NCBI RefSeq assembly: GCF_964204645.1
Contig: NC_134029.1
Span: 23,616,950 to 23,680,949 of the forward strand
Length of the DNA: 64,000 bases
Direction: 5' to 3'
DNA from: Tubulanus polymorphus
Taxonomy: Eukaryota > Animalia > Nemertea
A program made the translations under genes and the position numbers. Each line of letters starts with the position of its first letter. Positions within the stretch are counted from its first letter, which is position 1. The notes under the pieces were generated by a model. The model made no database searches, was not told the origin of the DNA, and saw only the letters and a list, made by a program, of their open reading frames with translations. Of the stretch, positions 1 through 12,180 are shown in pieces.

Positions 1-303
1 GCTGAGACTGAGTCATGTGACTAGTCGGTGGCTGAGATGGAGTCATGTGACCTGTCTGTGGTTGAGAAGGAGTCATATGACTCATCTGCTGCTGAGACGG
101 AGTCATGTGACTAGTCTGCTGCTGAGACGGAGTCATGTGACTAGTCTGCTGCTGAGACGGAGTCATGTGACTAGTCTGCTGCTGAGACGGAGTCATGTGA
201 CTAGTCTGCTGCTGAGACAGAGTCATGTGACTAGTCGGTGGCTGAGATGGAGTCATGTGACCTGTCTGCTGCTGAGACTGAGTCATGTGACTAGTCGGTG
301 GTC
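1..303. repeat. 30-bp tandem minisatellite (about 10 units, continues off the edge) lying in a PRMT9 coding exon
   Basis: Unit gctgagacggagtcatgtgactagtctgct; the minus-strand frame reads (TSHMTPSQQQ)n without stops. Confidence 0.95.
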
Positions 304-3300
304 CCGAGTAAACGATAGGAACGGTAAAATCAGAGACGAATGATAAATTAGCGATACCGTGAGTATGCTCTTCGATTGAAGCGGTGAAGTCTGCGTTTAT
401 TTCGTCTCCGATCGAGCGACAGAATTCGATCGCTCCGACATTTGTCACGTTTGAAGACGGTGATTCAATGTCTATTTCGACGTCATTAATCGATGGCGTT
501 CTATCCGATATCGGTGATTCCGATGCGACTGCGTCGACTAAATTAACAATGTTTTTCATCGTCGGTATAAACGGACTACTGGAGCCAGTCGGAGTCGTGC
601 CGGTCGGAGTCGCGTTGCAGCCGGTCTCTGGAGTTGCGGAGCCTGTTTTAAAACGAACGATATTGCGACAGAAGAATTCGAGGCAGCACGGCGAGCTGAC
701 ACATTCAACTTCTAAAAGATCCCCGGTTCTAACTGAGAAATTCTCCCGTTTATCTGAAACAAAGAGATTTCCGTAAATCATTAAATCTGGCGTTAAAATG
801 AATTAGGTGTTATAAATAATGGTATATCTACTGAATTTGGGTTGGATTGAGCTAAATTGTTCTCTGAAAAGTGTTGACGTTAGATGAGCAGTGGCATTGA
901 AATGGATGGAAGCGTCATAACGGACTTAGAGTGTAAATCTTACTCGAAGTTCTGAGATGTTTCTGTTGAACCGGATATATCGCTTGTTGCCAACACGTGT
1001 TACTCTCCGGTGCTGTACAGATCATCGTCACATCATCCAACTCCAGGTCAAACCACATGGCAAACGCATCCACTTTCCCCGAACAGATCATCGTCATATT
1101 CAGATTAAAGGTTCGACCGTTCATGTAATCAGATATTGCCTACAAATATGTATATACTATGTATTCAGAGCTGGAGTCAGATCGAAACTAAATCTGCTTC
1201 ATTCTGTTGTTGATGAATTACCTGCGGACTATTGAAGTCTATTTCACAAACAGCGTTTACAGCTGACAATCGCTTGTATCCATTTCGAAGTTGTTCTAGT
1301 TTCTCGCAAGAATACGGTTCATAGTTATCACCCATTACGAAAGTATTACTGGTGGTTGTGACTGATGAGAGATCTAAATGCCTCATAGCCGGATATACTA
1401 GTCTAACAAGAAAATTGATTACTGTATGAATGAAATATTCCAGGCTTTGGAAAAAGAAGTGCAGAATACTTTAGGACAAGTTTAAATGCAGCAATAGATT
1501 ATGGAAAACGTAGTTCAAAGAAATCTCCAAAAGTTTCTGCCTAGCTTAATGTCACCCTCAATAGTTATCATAGCTAAGATTTAAAATGGTAACGTTTTAT
1601 AAGGCGTCAAAAATACATTCAACCGAAGTGATATCTGTATGAGTTACCTGTGTTGTGTTCTTATATCCTCACTTTCAATAGCACAAACATAGACAATAGC
1701 CGAGGATGGGATAACACGACCTCCGCCCCAAGACGTAAACCAGCCCGGCGACAGTAATAATTCCTTCCAAGCGTGGTTTAGCGTCGGTAATATCTGTTCG
1801 CCCAGTAAACCAGCATCTACAATCTCTGTCACCACTAACTTAGCCCTGAAATAATCACCAGCATAAATTAACTAATTAATCAACGAATACAGACTCATAA
1901 TCAAGTCGTTCTATAATTACCTATCAGGGATGTCTTTGCCGATTTCTAGTTGAGTTGATTTTTTATGTATTAACGATATTTTATCCGACATTCCGTTCGC
2001 GCTAATGATATCACAAGATAGTTCATACATAGCTTTAGACACCTCACAGGCATAGACTGAATCTCCACCAGCCTGTACAGCATACATACTACAAACAGTA
2101 TAATTGAGGGTTATATTCATATCTTTATCATTCATTTAATATATGAGACACTAAATGACACCAAAATTGAAACAATAGAAAAGTTGTATAAGAATTCACT
2201 GTCTACCCCGCAGTAAGGGTATCCGATGCTATTTAGCCACAATTTACAATGAAGGATAATAGCACCAGTCAAACAGTCTTGGCACCTGCTATATGATTTA
2301 CTAGGTCTTTCCACATAAAAATCCTATTAACCAATCTTGAAGGGACGGTTCACTAAGTGTGTACACAAAATTTTCAAATTCTCCCCGGGAACCAAATTCT
2401 AATTACACATCGGGAGGGGCTATTTACTTTTAAAATACAAATTATCTTATGTTTATGAAAAATAACGATACACTAGACACAATTATATCGACGAATTATA
2501 GGCCTAGAAAGTGTTGTGGCACAAACCTGAGTAATCCGGTTCCTGATCCGATATCTAATATAGACGTATAGCCCTTTTTAACGGCTCGTTCTATAGCGTT
2601 CTGATAGGCTTCGTTACGTTTGCGATCGTTTAACATTCGAAAGTGCCATCGTTCGACCAAATGACCGCAGATATTCTCCAGATTCTCCCGAGCCCCGAGG
2701 TATTCCGGATCGATTCTCAAAGCTTTACGAAAACAGCTGGCAGCTTCGTCGACGTACCCTAAACTGATGAACAAAAACAGAAAATTGAATCATAACAATT
2801 GACGAGTCCGTGGTTTTAACAATCGTATAAAATCCCACGCAAACAATCAAATATAAAATCTAAAAAGTTTCCTTAGTAGTCGATTCAACATATATGGATA
2901 TATTGGTCCTATAAAACATCTTCATCAATACTTTTGTCACAATGAAGATGACTATTCAGATATAATCAAAAGTTGAATATAAACTGCTAAAGCTCTTAAA
3001 CAAATCATTTCAGACTCAATTTTTCATTGTAAGCATGTGATTCCATATGAGAAATTGAATGCATTCATGATAGATATACACAAATTAGGATAAGTAAGGG
3101 CATACACTGACCCCGCACAAGTAGTGAAAGGTTATCGTTGGTGGTTAACTTTTCTAGTGGGAAAGGCTTTGTGAAATATCCGGTGGTGAAACTAAACCCC
3201 CTAGTGTGAGCTATAGGGCACTAACTTACCGAAATAGTTGTGAACCCATACTGTTAAGCATTGGCTCGCAGTCAGGGAACGCGTCACACGCCTGTCCATA

Positions 3301-3940
3301 ACAGTTAAAAACATCTTCCATTCGACCTTGTTCTTCTAGCTCTTTACACCATTCTTGAAATACTATCGCAAATTTCGTTTTTACATCATCTGAAAGAAGT
3401 ATTTCAACAACTTCATTTCCGAATGGTAACTTAGAATAATGATAAAAATAATAAAACATGTAAAAATAATAATTGCAATTTAGGTTTCACATTGCGAACT
3501 TGTAACACCGTTCATCACCAGACAACAGGACAAAGTTATGTGAACAGTTATTTATAACTTTCAAACTCGTCACATTTTGTACATAGTCGGAAACTGAAAA
3601 GTTTCGTTTTTTTTCGAATCTTCCACAGTTTTTCATCAAGGGTTTGACATTACAATCTTGTCCTCTTTATTAGTGACACATCGCAAATTTTCATACCTTC
3701 AACTCCAATTACATTCAACAATTAGAAAACAAAATAAGATGAAATTTGAATACGAATAAGAATACCTTTAATATCTGGAGTTAGTTTTAGCGCTAACAGC
3801 ATGTGAGCGAAAGCTCGACCAAAGTTTTCCTTTTGAAGACAAACATCAGCAGCAGCTATAGACCTTCTAGCCATGTAAGAATGACGATCTGTGGATTGCT
3901 GTTCAGTAGAACTGCACTGCTGCTGTTCTACAGCTGCCAT
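1..3940 (-). CDS. PRMT9: Protein arginine N-methyltransferase 9 (multi-exon; 3' end lies beyond the left edge)
   Basis: Spliced minus-strand exons encode an N-terminal TPR region (AASCFRKALRIDPEYLGARENL), then LVERWHFRMLNDRKRNEAY, the SAM motif ILDIGSGTGLL, VTEIVDAGLLGEQI and the THW-loop variant NTCWQQAIYP. TPR plus a CW loop is characteristic of PRMT9. Checked exons include 1222-1402, 944-1139 and 1-753. Confidence 0.92.
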
Positions 3941-4347
3941 CCTACCGACGAGGAGAAGTCACTACTGCCGTCGTACAACCAGAATTAGGGAACCTGAGAA
4001 ATGAGATAGGCCTATAATGAATAATCTTTCCTCACGCTCAATAGATGAAAGAGATGTTGGTAAAAGCTAGCAGCAAGCCTAATCCCTTCACAAATAATTA
4101 TCATGTTGTTACAAATTTATTAGGCCCTACCTGCGGGGTTAAAATGTGAAAGTAAAAATAGACCACCGCCGTGAATTGAGCACTGGATTCGGTATCACTC
4201 GATGCAAATTTATTTCATTACTTGATTCAAATTTATTATAAATTTTATAGTGGTTTTTAATGTGTATTTTTTGCACTGTTATTGAATAAAAAGATATTTT
4301 ACGTTAAAATAAAATTGTGAGATTTAGGTCTGTCTGCAGAGTTTCCA

Positions 4348-6460
4348 GAACCGGTCATGTCAGGGCCCAAGACCTGACATGACAGGTGGGACCTCAGGTG
4401 ACAGCTCGGTTGATTCGCTAAAATGAAAATCGTTATGACTGAACCGATGATAGGCGATTAGAAGACAAGATAGGCGCGGATTTAGAACACATGATAGCCG
4501 ATGAGAACACAAAGGACATCGTAGTGCTTTCTGAATATATTATTCAAAAACAGGCGGTGCAACCAGGATAATCTAAGCTCATCTTGCTTTTGGCATCTTC
4601 ATGTGTTATTCACACTTTTGAAAGTTTTACCGTTGAATTACAGACTCCCCTCTCCATCTCCTCTGACTCCCCTATTGAATTCATCAGAATGCGTCACTTA
4701 TTTTATATCATTTTATATCATATCCATCAAAGAAGGCCTCAGGCAGCCACATTAATCAATCTATTTGTCGTTGGAACTGCTTTTTGTTCAGAAGAACATT
4801 TCACCCAGCACTGGCAGTGGGTTGTCTCCACCAGTGATCTCCGTCGCTCTAACGATCCAACCAACTGTGGTACATCAGAGACACTAAGATTCTTGGTGAA
4901 AAGAATATGCGCCTTCACGTTATTCTGCCGTGCTTCACAAGACGTGCGCGCCACAAGACTCGCTGCGATGTAATCTGTGCGTGTACTGTATATGAAAAGC
5001 GTGCCTCGTGTGGTGGCCTAGTTAAAAACTTTCCAGGATCTCATTGTTGTATAGGCCTTTTTATGAACCAGCAAAATCGAAATAGATTAGCTATTTAGAT
5101 TATATAGCCGATTAGTGTCAATTAGCATAACCGGGTATGTTGGTTGATAAAAACGCCAGGTAGAAATTATTCAATTATGGCCTACTCAGCAGCGACTTCT
5201 ACCGAGAACATCATATCGGTTGGATTAGATAATCGGCATACTTGCTCGCCGAGCGAGTATGCTGAGTATGCTAATCGATTATGATAACCAATGTTCATAA
5301 AAATGACGGATTATGACATAATCCATGCTCATAAAAACGTTTTGCATACTCGAATATACTAATCGAGTGTTCATAAAAAGGCCTCAATCGTTGAAATTCG
5401 ACAGAGAAATCGGCCCTGAAAAATTAAACGGATTAGAACCTGAAAAATAGAATGGATTAATAAACACGGAACAGTACAGGACAGCACGGAGACGAACAGT
5501 AACACATAAAACATAAAGACGTCGTTCCTCAGGAAGCAGGAACAGGAGCAGGAGCGCAGCGAAAATCGCCAGGAGGAGAATCCACGGAAGCATGTTCACA
5601 GTGTGAGTAAGCTGAGGTGAATGGTCTATGCTTGTGTACACCGTGGTCAGCCGGTGACGTATTCAATAGCGCGTATAAATGATATCAACAACTCTGAAAA
5701 GCCGCAATTGTGTCTCTATTGTTGAACGGATTTACATTGAGAGCTTATAGAAGTTGAATGAAAAGGTTCTACTGCCGGGTTGAATACGCGCCAGTAGCCA
5801 GCTGAACAATATCGTGGAACTGTAATAAGGCCATAAAAATAAATTTCTAACCATGGATATAGTTAATCTTAATAAAACAATAATTTTGAAGCGAGACCTC
5901 GCACGGCAGCTCGCGCAATTTTGCAGAATTTCTCGCGACCTGTGGTGACAGGTCTGCATTTAAAACTGATAAAAAATAGAAAAAAAAACTTCTTGCTTTA
6001 AATTTTGCTTAACGTAAATTGATGAGTTGATTTAAAATCAGTCTCAATAAAATCAGTCTCTATGTTGCATTCGGCTCTTTGACATATACATCATAAAAAC
6101 AATGAATATAAATAGTGGGACTTCAGGACAGTGAGGAGTGATGCCGGCGAACTGTGATAGTGAACAGATATTTTTCAGTGTCTTATTGCGGAAACGAAAT
6201 ATCAAGACCTCGATTCATCTAGCGAAAATATTCTCTTACTTCTACATTAATTAATTCATCTAAAAAATTAGGAATCATTTTCGATATTTACGACGGGTCA
6301 GAATATTCATTCAACTCAAAATGTTCTTCCATTCGTCTGGCACATGCCTAGATATTTCGCCGTTTCGTCAAATATTGTTGTGAGTTTGGGTTTTTTTTGG
6401 GACCTGACATGACAGGTAAGACCTGTCATGTCAGGTCTTGAGAGCTGACATGACAGGTTC
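4348..6460. mobile_element. Non-autonomous TIR DNA transposon, Mutator-like, about 2.1 kb
   Basis: About 40-bp imperfect TIRs (gaaccggtcatgtcagggcccaagacctgacatgacaggt ... acctgtcatgtcaggtcttgagagctgacatgacaggttc), G...C termini, and flanks agagtttcca / agagtttccc (9 of 10 identical, TSD). No intact transposase ORF. Confidence 0.8.
5053..5384. mobile_element. About 330-bp MITE nested inside the 4348-6460 element
   Basis: TIR aggcctttttatgaac/gttcataaaaaggcct; near-identical copy at 34541-34871. Confidence 0.9.
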
Positions 6461-6517
6461 AGAGTTTCCCAGTTTCCGCTCATCATTCAAAAAAAGTGTT
6501 TCGTTCTCTGTGTAAAT

Positions 6518-9500
6518 ATGACGGTTTTCTTAGGTAATCGTACGACAGATCAGTATTGTAGGATTCTGATGAATGGTGTTAGTTTAGATGGACCGGTTTC
6601 GAAATTCAGAAAAACTGCCGCTGATACTGTGAATCTACCAGTAGAGAAAATAGGTAAGCAAATAAATTCAAATATATATTTTATTATCACCACCAGTACC
6701 GATCATCGTATATCGGCATAAAATACAGTGTGATGTAGGTGTAACTCGGGCACTTGTGTAGCTCACACTTGCTTGAATTTCAATTATCGGTAATATCTGC
6801 TAGGCCTATTTCAGAGTTGATATATTGTGGACGAGCGTTGAAGGACGCAGCGACTTTAGAATCGTACGGAATCAAGGAAGGTGTGACGATTCATGCTTTG
6901 AAAAAACAAGATATCGTTACGCAGGAACCTGTAGGTGAGTTATTTAAGCTTGAAATTAAAAAAGCATGTGTAACGAATAGGCCTAATGCAACGATGATGG
7001 TATTTCATCGAAACACTGATAGTTTTGTGATTTATCTAAATCCTAATGAATCTTTAGACGAGTATCTTAACCCTTTCAGTGCTGACTCATTAATACCCTA
7101 TAGTGCTAGAGAAAATTCTAAAAAATTCCACCCTAGTGTGTTGAACAATGGGAATACCACTATAGTGTGTCTACACCGCAGTGCGGTGTATCGTTAGTTA
7201 CTAGTATTTCACTATGCTTGACACTTGCTGCCATTTTTCAATAGAGATAATTACAAATTACTAATTACATCAATACACCGCAGTGCGGTGTACTAGCAAA
7301 ATCCATTACTGATTTATACACCGCACTGCGGTGTAGACGCACTGAAAGGGTTAAGCTGTTGCAAACCAAAACGGCAGTTGTAGAGACTTGTACATAGTTT
7401 GGTATTCGGACTAATCTAATTCTCAACTTCAGAGAAACAGTGAAACTGTATTCATTTTCATCACGCCTTATAGAAATATCTGTTTCATCAATGTGTTTGT
7501 AAAATATGCAATCATCATGAAACTTAACCACTGATGTCGGTTTACTGACTGATGTTGGATGTCATTGTGCCTCACACTGAACTGAATTGAACTGAAGAGA
7601 TGGGTTTTTTTTCGATATTTTTAGGTAAAATGAGCGATGATGAAATCAAGCAAACAGTTGTAGCTCTGCGGCAGGCTATCATGTTACATCCCGGTGACAG
7701 AAGAATGGTCAGTAATCAATTATAACCGATATACATCAAATCGATAACATTTACACCAAACAAGAAATTTATTGAGAATCTTTATTATAAAATTTACGAT
7801 GAAAATTATATTTTGTATTACTTTACACACTTTTAGACGAGTCTTACTCAATTGGTGAGTAACCCGGATTCACTAGATAGTATACTCGCAGCGACTCCTG
7901 GTTTAGATCAAGATCCGATTGCTTTAGGCAAGTTCAACGTAATCCCGGACGTCGTTAAATCATTGGAATTCTGAAATATGAAAAATAGTACCGTTTACAA
8001 TAAGTAGTGATTCGTTATTTCAGCTATGCTGCAAAGTCCGCAGTTACTCGGAGTTCTTGCCGATCCAAATACAATCTCTAAGTAAGTGAATATATGTATA
8101 TATATATATATATATCTGATTATGATGAGCAAGTATTCAGAATTTGATAATAATAATGATAATCATAATTTATTTCCAAATCCATATCAAAATATGCTCT
8201 TGGGCTTACAAATATTATTTAGAAAATACAGAACTAGCAAATAAAAAGTAGATATAGATACAAGTAAAAGACAGCAGAATTAGGCGTTTAACCCTTTCAG
8301 TGCGTCTACACCACAGTGCGGTGTATAAATCAGTGATGGATTTTGCTAGTACACCGCACTGCGGTGTATTGATGTAATTAGTAATTTGTAATTATCTCTA
8401 TTGAAAAATGGCAGAAAGTGTCAAACATAGTGAAATACTAGTAACTAACGATACACCGCACTGCGGTGTAGACGCACTATAGTGGTATTCCCATTGTTCA
8501 GCACACTAGGGTGGAATTTTTTAGAATTTTCAAATTTTCTCCAGCACTATAGGGTATTGATTAGTCAGCACTGAAAGGGTTAAGAATCTGACTGACTATA
8601 TTTGTTTATAGAGTGTTAGATGAACACCCGTGTTTAGGACACGCTGCCATGCATATTGCAGTCGCGCTGAATGAAGAAGCCGCTAAAGGCGGAGGTCCGA
8701 GTCATCAAGGATCTGAAGGTATATTCATCGAAATTGTTGCATTATCGATTTCAATTCTCGTGTTCGGTCTGAGATTTATATCTGCGGTGATAATTTCAGG
8801 ATCGTATTCATTGGATCAAATGTCCGATGATGATGAATTCGATGCACCGTTACAAAGAGTTCCGGTAAGATTATATTTCCATATTTTCATCCATTTTTGA
8901 AGCTTCAGGATGAGATTGATGGGAACGATGTGAAAAAATCTTAAAAGTTGAAATTTCCGTGAAAAATAGTGAAATTTCGACCTTTAACTGTATATGTTTA
9001 CCATATGCAGTGCTTTGTTTCCGAGTCCGTCCATTTTATGGACCACTAAACCTTTGGTTCTTGTCATCATGGATTCTATGTCTAATGCTACTATTCATAC
9101 TTTGAAAATTTCATACATATACTGATATGTATTGAAAATGTGAAAAATTCAGGAATTTTGCCGTGAAAAAAATGAAAATGTTATTGTTCACCAATCTCAC
9201 CCCTTATAGCTACTATTCTGTAATTCGGCGCGAGGGCTAATGGCGTATTGTATTGTATGATTCTAGATGGGTGGTAGCAATGAATCTACTCCTATAACAG
9301 CTACTCAATTAGCCGCAGCGTTAGCAGCAGCTACCGGACGACCAGCTACTCAATCAGTAAGTTGCATTCTTATTAATTTACCCGTGTACTCTACAAGTTT
9401 AGGCTGATAATGATATCGAAGAGAAAACCACTATATCAAGTAAATTTTGGAGGATTTTGACATTTTTTTGACATTTCGACTCGATTCAATTTAAAACCGG

Positions 9501-10337
9501 TTATTTGCCCAAGAGCAGTTTTTAATGATATAACAAGGATGCTATCTGATGTCAGTAGTAGCTTGAACCCCGTGAACAGTTGATTTTGGGGGGAAAACCT
9601 AGGCCGGAATTCACTTTGAAATGCGAGATTTTTGAAAATAATATCTGACTCAATGATGGGTCATTTAAATCATGTTGTTTATGATTGATTTCAGGCTGGT
9701 CAGGATGCTGCGCAATCGAATGTGATCACCGCTGATTTCTTTCAACAAGCGATGCAACAAGCTTTAAGCGGAGGATCGAATTCAGGAGGAGCTTCGTCAT
9801 CTTCGCAGCAGCAGCAGCAGCCGCAGTTATCACGTGATCAATTACAGGTAAAACACTTACACAACACATGAATAAATTTTTGTGGATTACAGAGACCCAG
9901 AACTAGTGGAACTAGAATAACTAGAGTTAAAATAGATTATTTCCAATGTTTAAACACCATGGTAGTCAAAATTTAACAAAGAACTCTGGTGCTGTCTATA
10001 TCAAAGAATTCAGCAGCTCATTAAGAGAAATCTACAATATCAATTCTTCACAACTGTTATTGTTTGTTTCCTGACAGAATCATTCCACCCATCTTCACGG
10101 TAATATTTGAAAATGATATTTGTGAGTTAGGTTTCTCATATTGATATTCATCAATACTAGAAATAGTCTCTTATATTTCAGCAGCTCCTTATGATATACG
10201 TTTATTTTCAGTCACAATTACAACAGTTAAGAGATATGGGTATATCCGATGAGAACGCAGCAGTTGAAGCTCTACAAGCTACTGGTGGCAATGTACAACT
10301 AGCTCTGTCTATTCTATTCGGTGATCATCTTCAATAA
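6518..10337 (+). CDS. UBL7: Ubiquitin-like protein 7 (UBL-UBA), multi-exon
   Basis: N-terminal UBL (ELIYCGRALKDAATLESYGIKEGVTIHALKK), middle IL-AATPGLDQDPIAL, HPCLGHAAMHI and ITATQLAAALAAA, C-terminal UBA (SQLQQLRDMGISDENAAVEALQATGGNVQLALSILF); stop at 10335-10337. Confidence 0.9.
7071..7350 (+). mobile_element. piggyBac-like MITE (TTAA TSD), copy 1
   Basis: ttaa|ccctttcagtgc ... gcactgaaaggg|ttaa; three internal palindromes acaccgca(g/c)tgcggtgt. Confidence 0.9.
8292..8579 (-). mobile_element. piggyBac-like MITE, copy 2, inverted relative to copy 1
   Basis: Same TIRs and TTAA flanks; reverse complement of 7071-7350. Confidence 0.9.
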
Positions 10338-10486
10338 TCTATTCTCATTCTTCTCATAACTAATATACATTGTAGTTATGTCTTAGTGTTAATATAGTAA
10401 AATAAACTGTTCAATCAAACATATTTCATACTAGTTGTTTTATCATGGGATTTGCCGTTTGCTAGTTTCTCTACTTATACCTCTTG

Positions 10487-10624
10487 GAGGTCATTCATTT
10501 ATTACGTACGCATTAGGGGAGGGGTCAGTGCAATTGCGTACTGTAATGCTTAATGTATATGAAAAATGGCCGATTCTGCGTACAGAGGGTTGAAAAATTT
10601 TATGCACACGTAATGAATGATCCC
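10487..10624 (+). mobile_element. PIF/Harbinger-like MITE family A
   Basis: TIR ~ggtcattcatttattacgtacgca; 3-bp TSD ttg/ttg; copies at 11574, 31901 and 60925. Confidence 0.8.
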
Positions 10625-11573
10625 TTGCAAAAAGATTCATTTTGAATGAGAAATAATTCCTTAATTCAAGCCAAAAGGATGTGTTGAAGTCAACTATTTC
10701 CCGACCGACGAAGTGATTTGACTAAAGACACGGTATCATCACAGATAGATTATTATTCGCAAACAGTGAACATTAAATACATGAAAGTGTGATAGTGAAT
10801 GGAAATGTTGATAACACAAGCGGAGACACATGGATTATAAATGCACGATATAAATATGGCATAAAAGAGTATTAAAATTATTTGCCTATGAGAGTAAATG
10901 AAGCAATGTATGAGAAATATTCCCGTAAATTTCATTGAAACTAAAATTGGAACTGATCGAATGAAAATAAATTACGTTAAAAATGTTCCCCTTAAAACAT
11001 AGGAGCATTCAAATATAAATCATGCATAGCTTTCAGATTAAATGGCAAAGCATTTCTAATCAGTTTCCAATGAAAACTATAATGGTTTGAATGGGAATCA
11101 ATTCATCCATGAGCCACTGAATCCTGAAGTCTGTATTTTCACAGAAGGCACAACTGGCAGTTTGGAAGACGGATATTCTAACACCAGTCGACACGTATGT
11201 GCTTGATAATTATAAAATGATAGTACACAATTTTTTCCTGATCATTTCTCTGCCATTAAACAAATATTCGTTTTACACAATTCATGTGAAAATAGCATCA
11301 ATACTTTACAAACAGTTGTAAAAAAATGTAGAAAGATTTAAAAATACTGAATAAGAAACAGTTTCTACAAAATATTTCCAGATAGATAAACCTTATCATA
11401 AAAACTCTGAGCAATCAGTACTATGTAAATCCTCGAATGAAATCATTCAAATTGATTCAATGATCAAATGACGTATTAGTGACATACAAAAAGTATGAAC
11501 TCTTAACATTTAACTCTCAACATCCAACTCTAACAATCTTAATCTTAAATTCTGGCCTTTGTTGAAACAATAT

Positions 11574-11719
11574 GGGAGTCATTCATCTATTATGTACGCA
11601 ACAGGGGAGGGGAGTGCAATTGCGTACTGTAATTCATAATGTATATGAAAAATGGCCGATTTTGCGTACAGGGGGGTGAAAAATTCAAATTTCATGCGTA
11701 CATATCAAATGAATGGTCC
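11574..11719 (+). mobile_element. PIF/Harbinger-like MITE family A
   Basis: Same core (gtgcaattgcgtactgtaat...gaaaaatggccgattttgcgtacag) and degenerate TIRs. Confidence 0.75.
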
Positions 11720-12180
11720 TACTATAAAAATGCAGGTTTTTATAAAAGACTTGAACAGGCCTATGTTAACAATTTTCAATACATGTACTCAATGACAGTA
11801 CGTAAACTTCAATAACTACATCAACTAGAACAACTGTATAGAATTCAATATTACATACAAATATTCAATACTGCTGACGACTGCTATACTGAACATACTG
11901 ATCTATTTACCTTTCGATTGCATATTCGAGGCTGACATTTTGATCATTATAAACATTTATCAATGCGATATACAACATGTTTTCCATTGAGAAGGCACAT
12001 TTAGTTAGGACAGATCAATAATCCCTGACAGTAAGCTATATATAGTTAACAAACACATGCGTAACAATTGCGTAGATTATACAGACTCTAAATTCCACAA
12101 GTGAAACGTCGACTATTGCTTTGCATTTGAGAACAGACTGTTGTGAGTGTTTGAGACGACTTGTGACACAGTATTAAAGC

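Noticed and set aside
1-303. CRISPR-like periodicity (also at 45292-45817)
   Set aside because: Head-to-tail units with no unique spacers, in a eukaryotic context with no cas genes
17-776. Plus-strand ORFs 17-343 and 384-776
   Set aside because: Antisense shadows of the PRMT9 exon and its repeat
3125-3225. Weak similarity to 33400-33480 (reverse orientation)
   Set aside because: Probably an old interspersed repeat, too degenerate to classify
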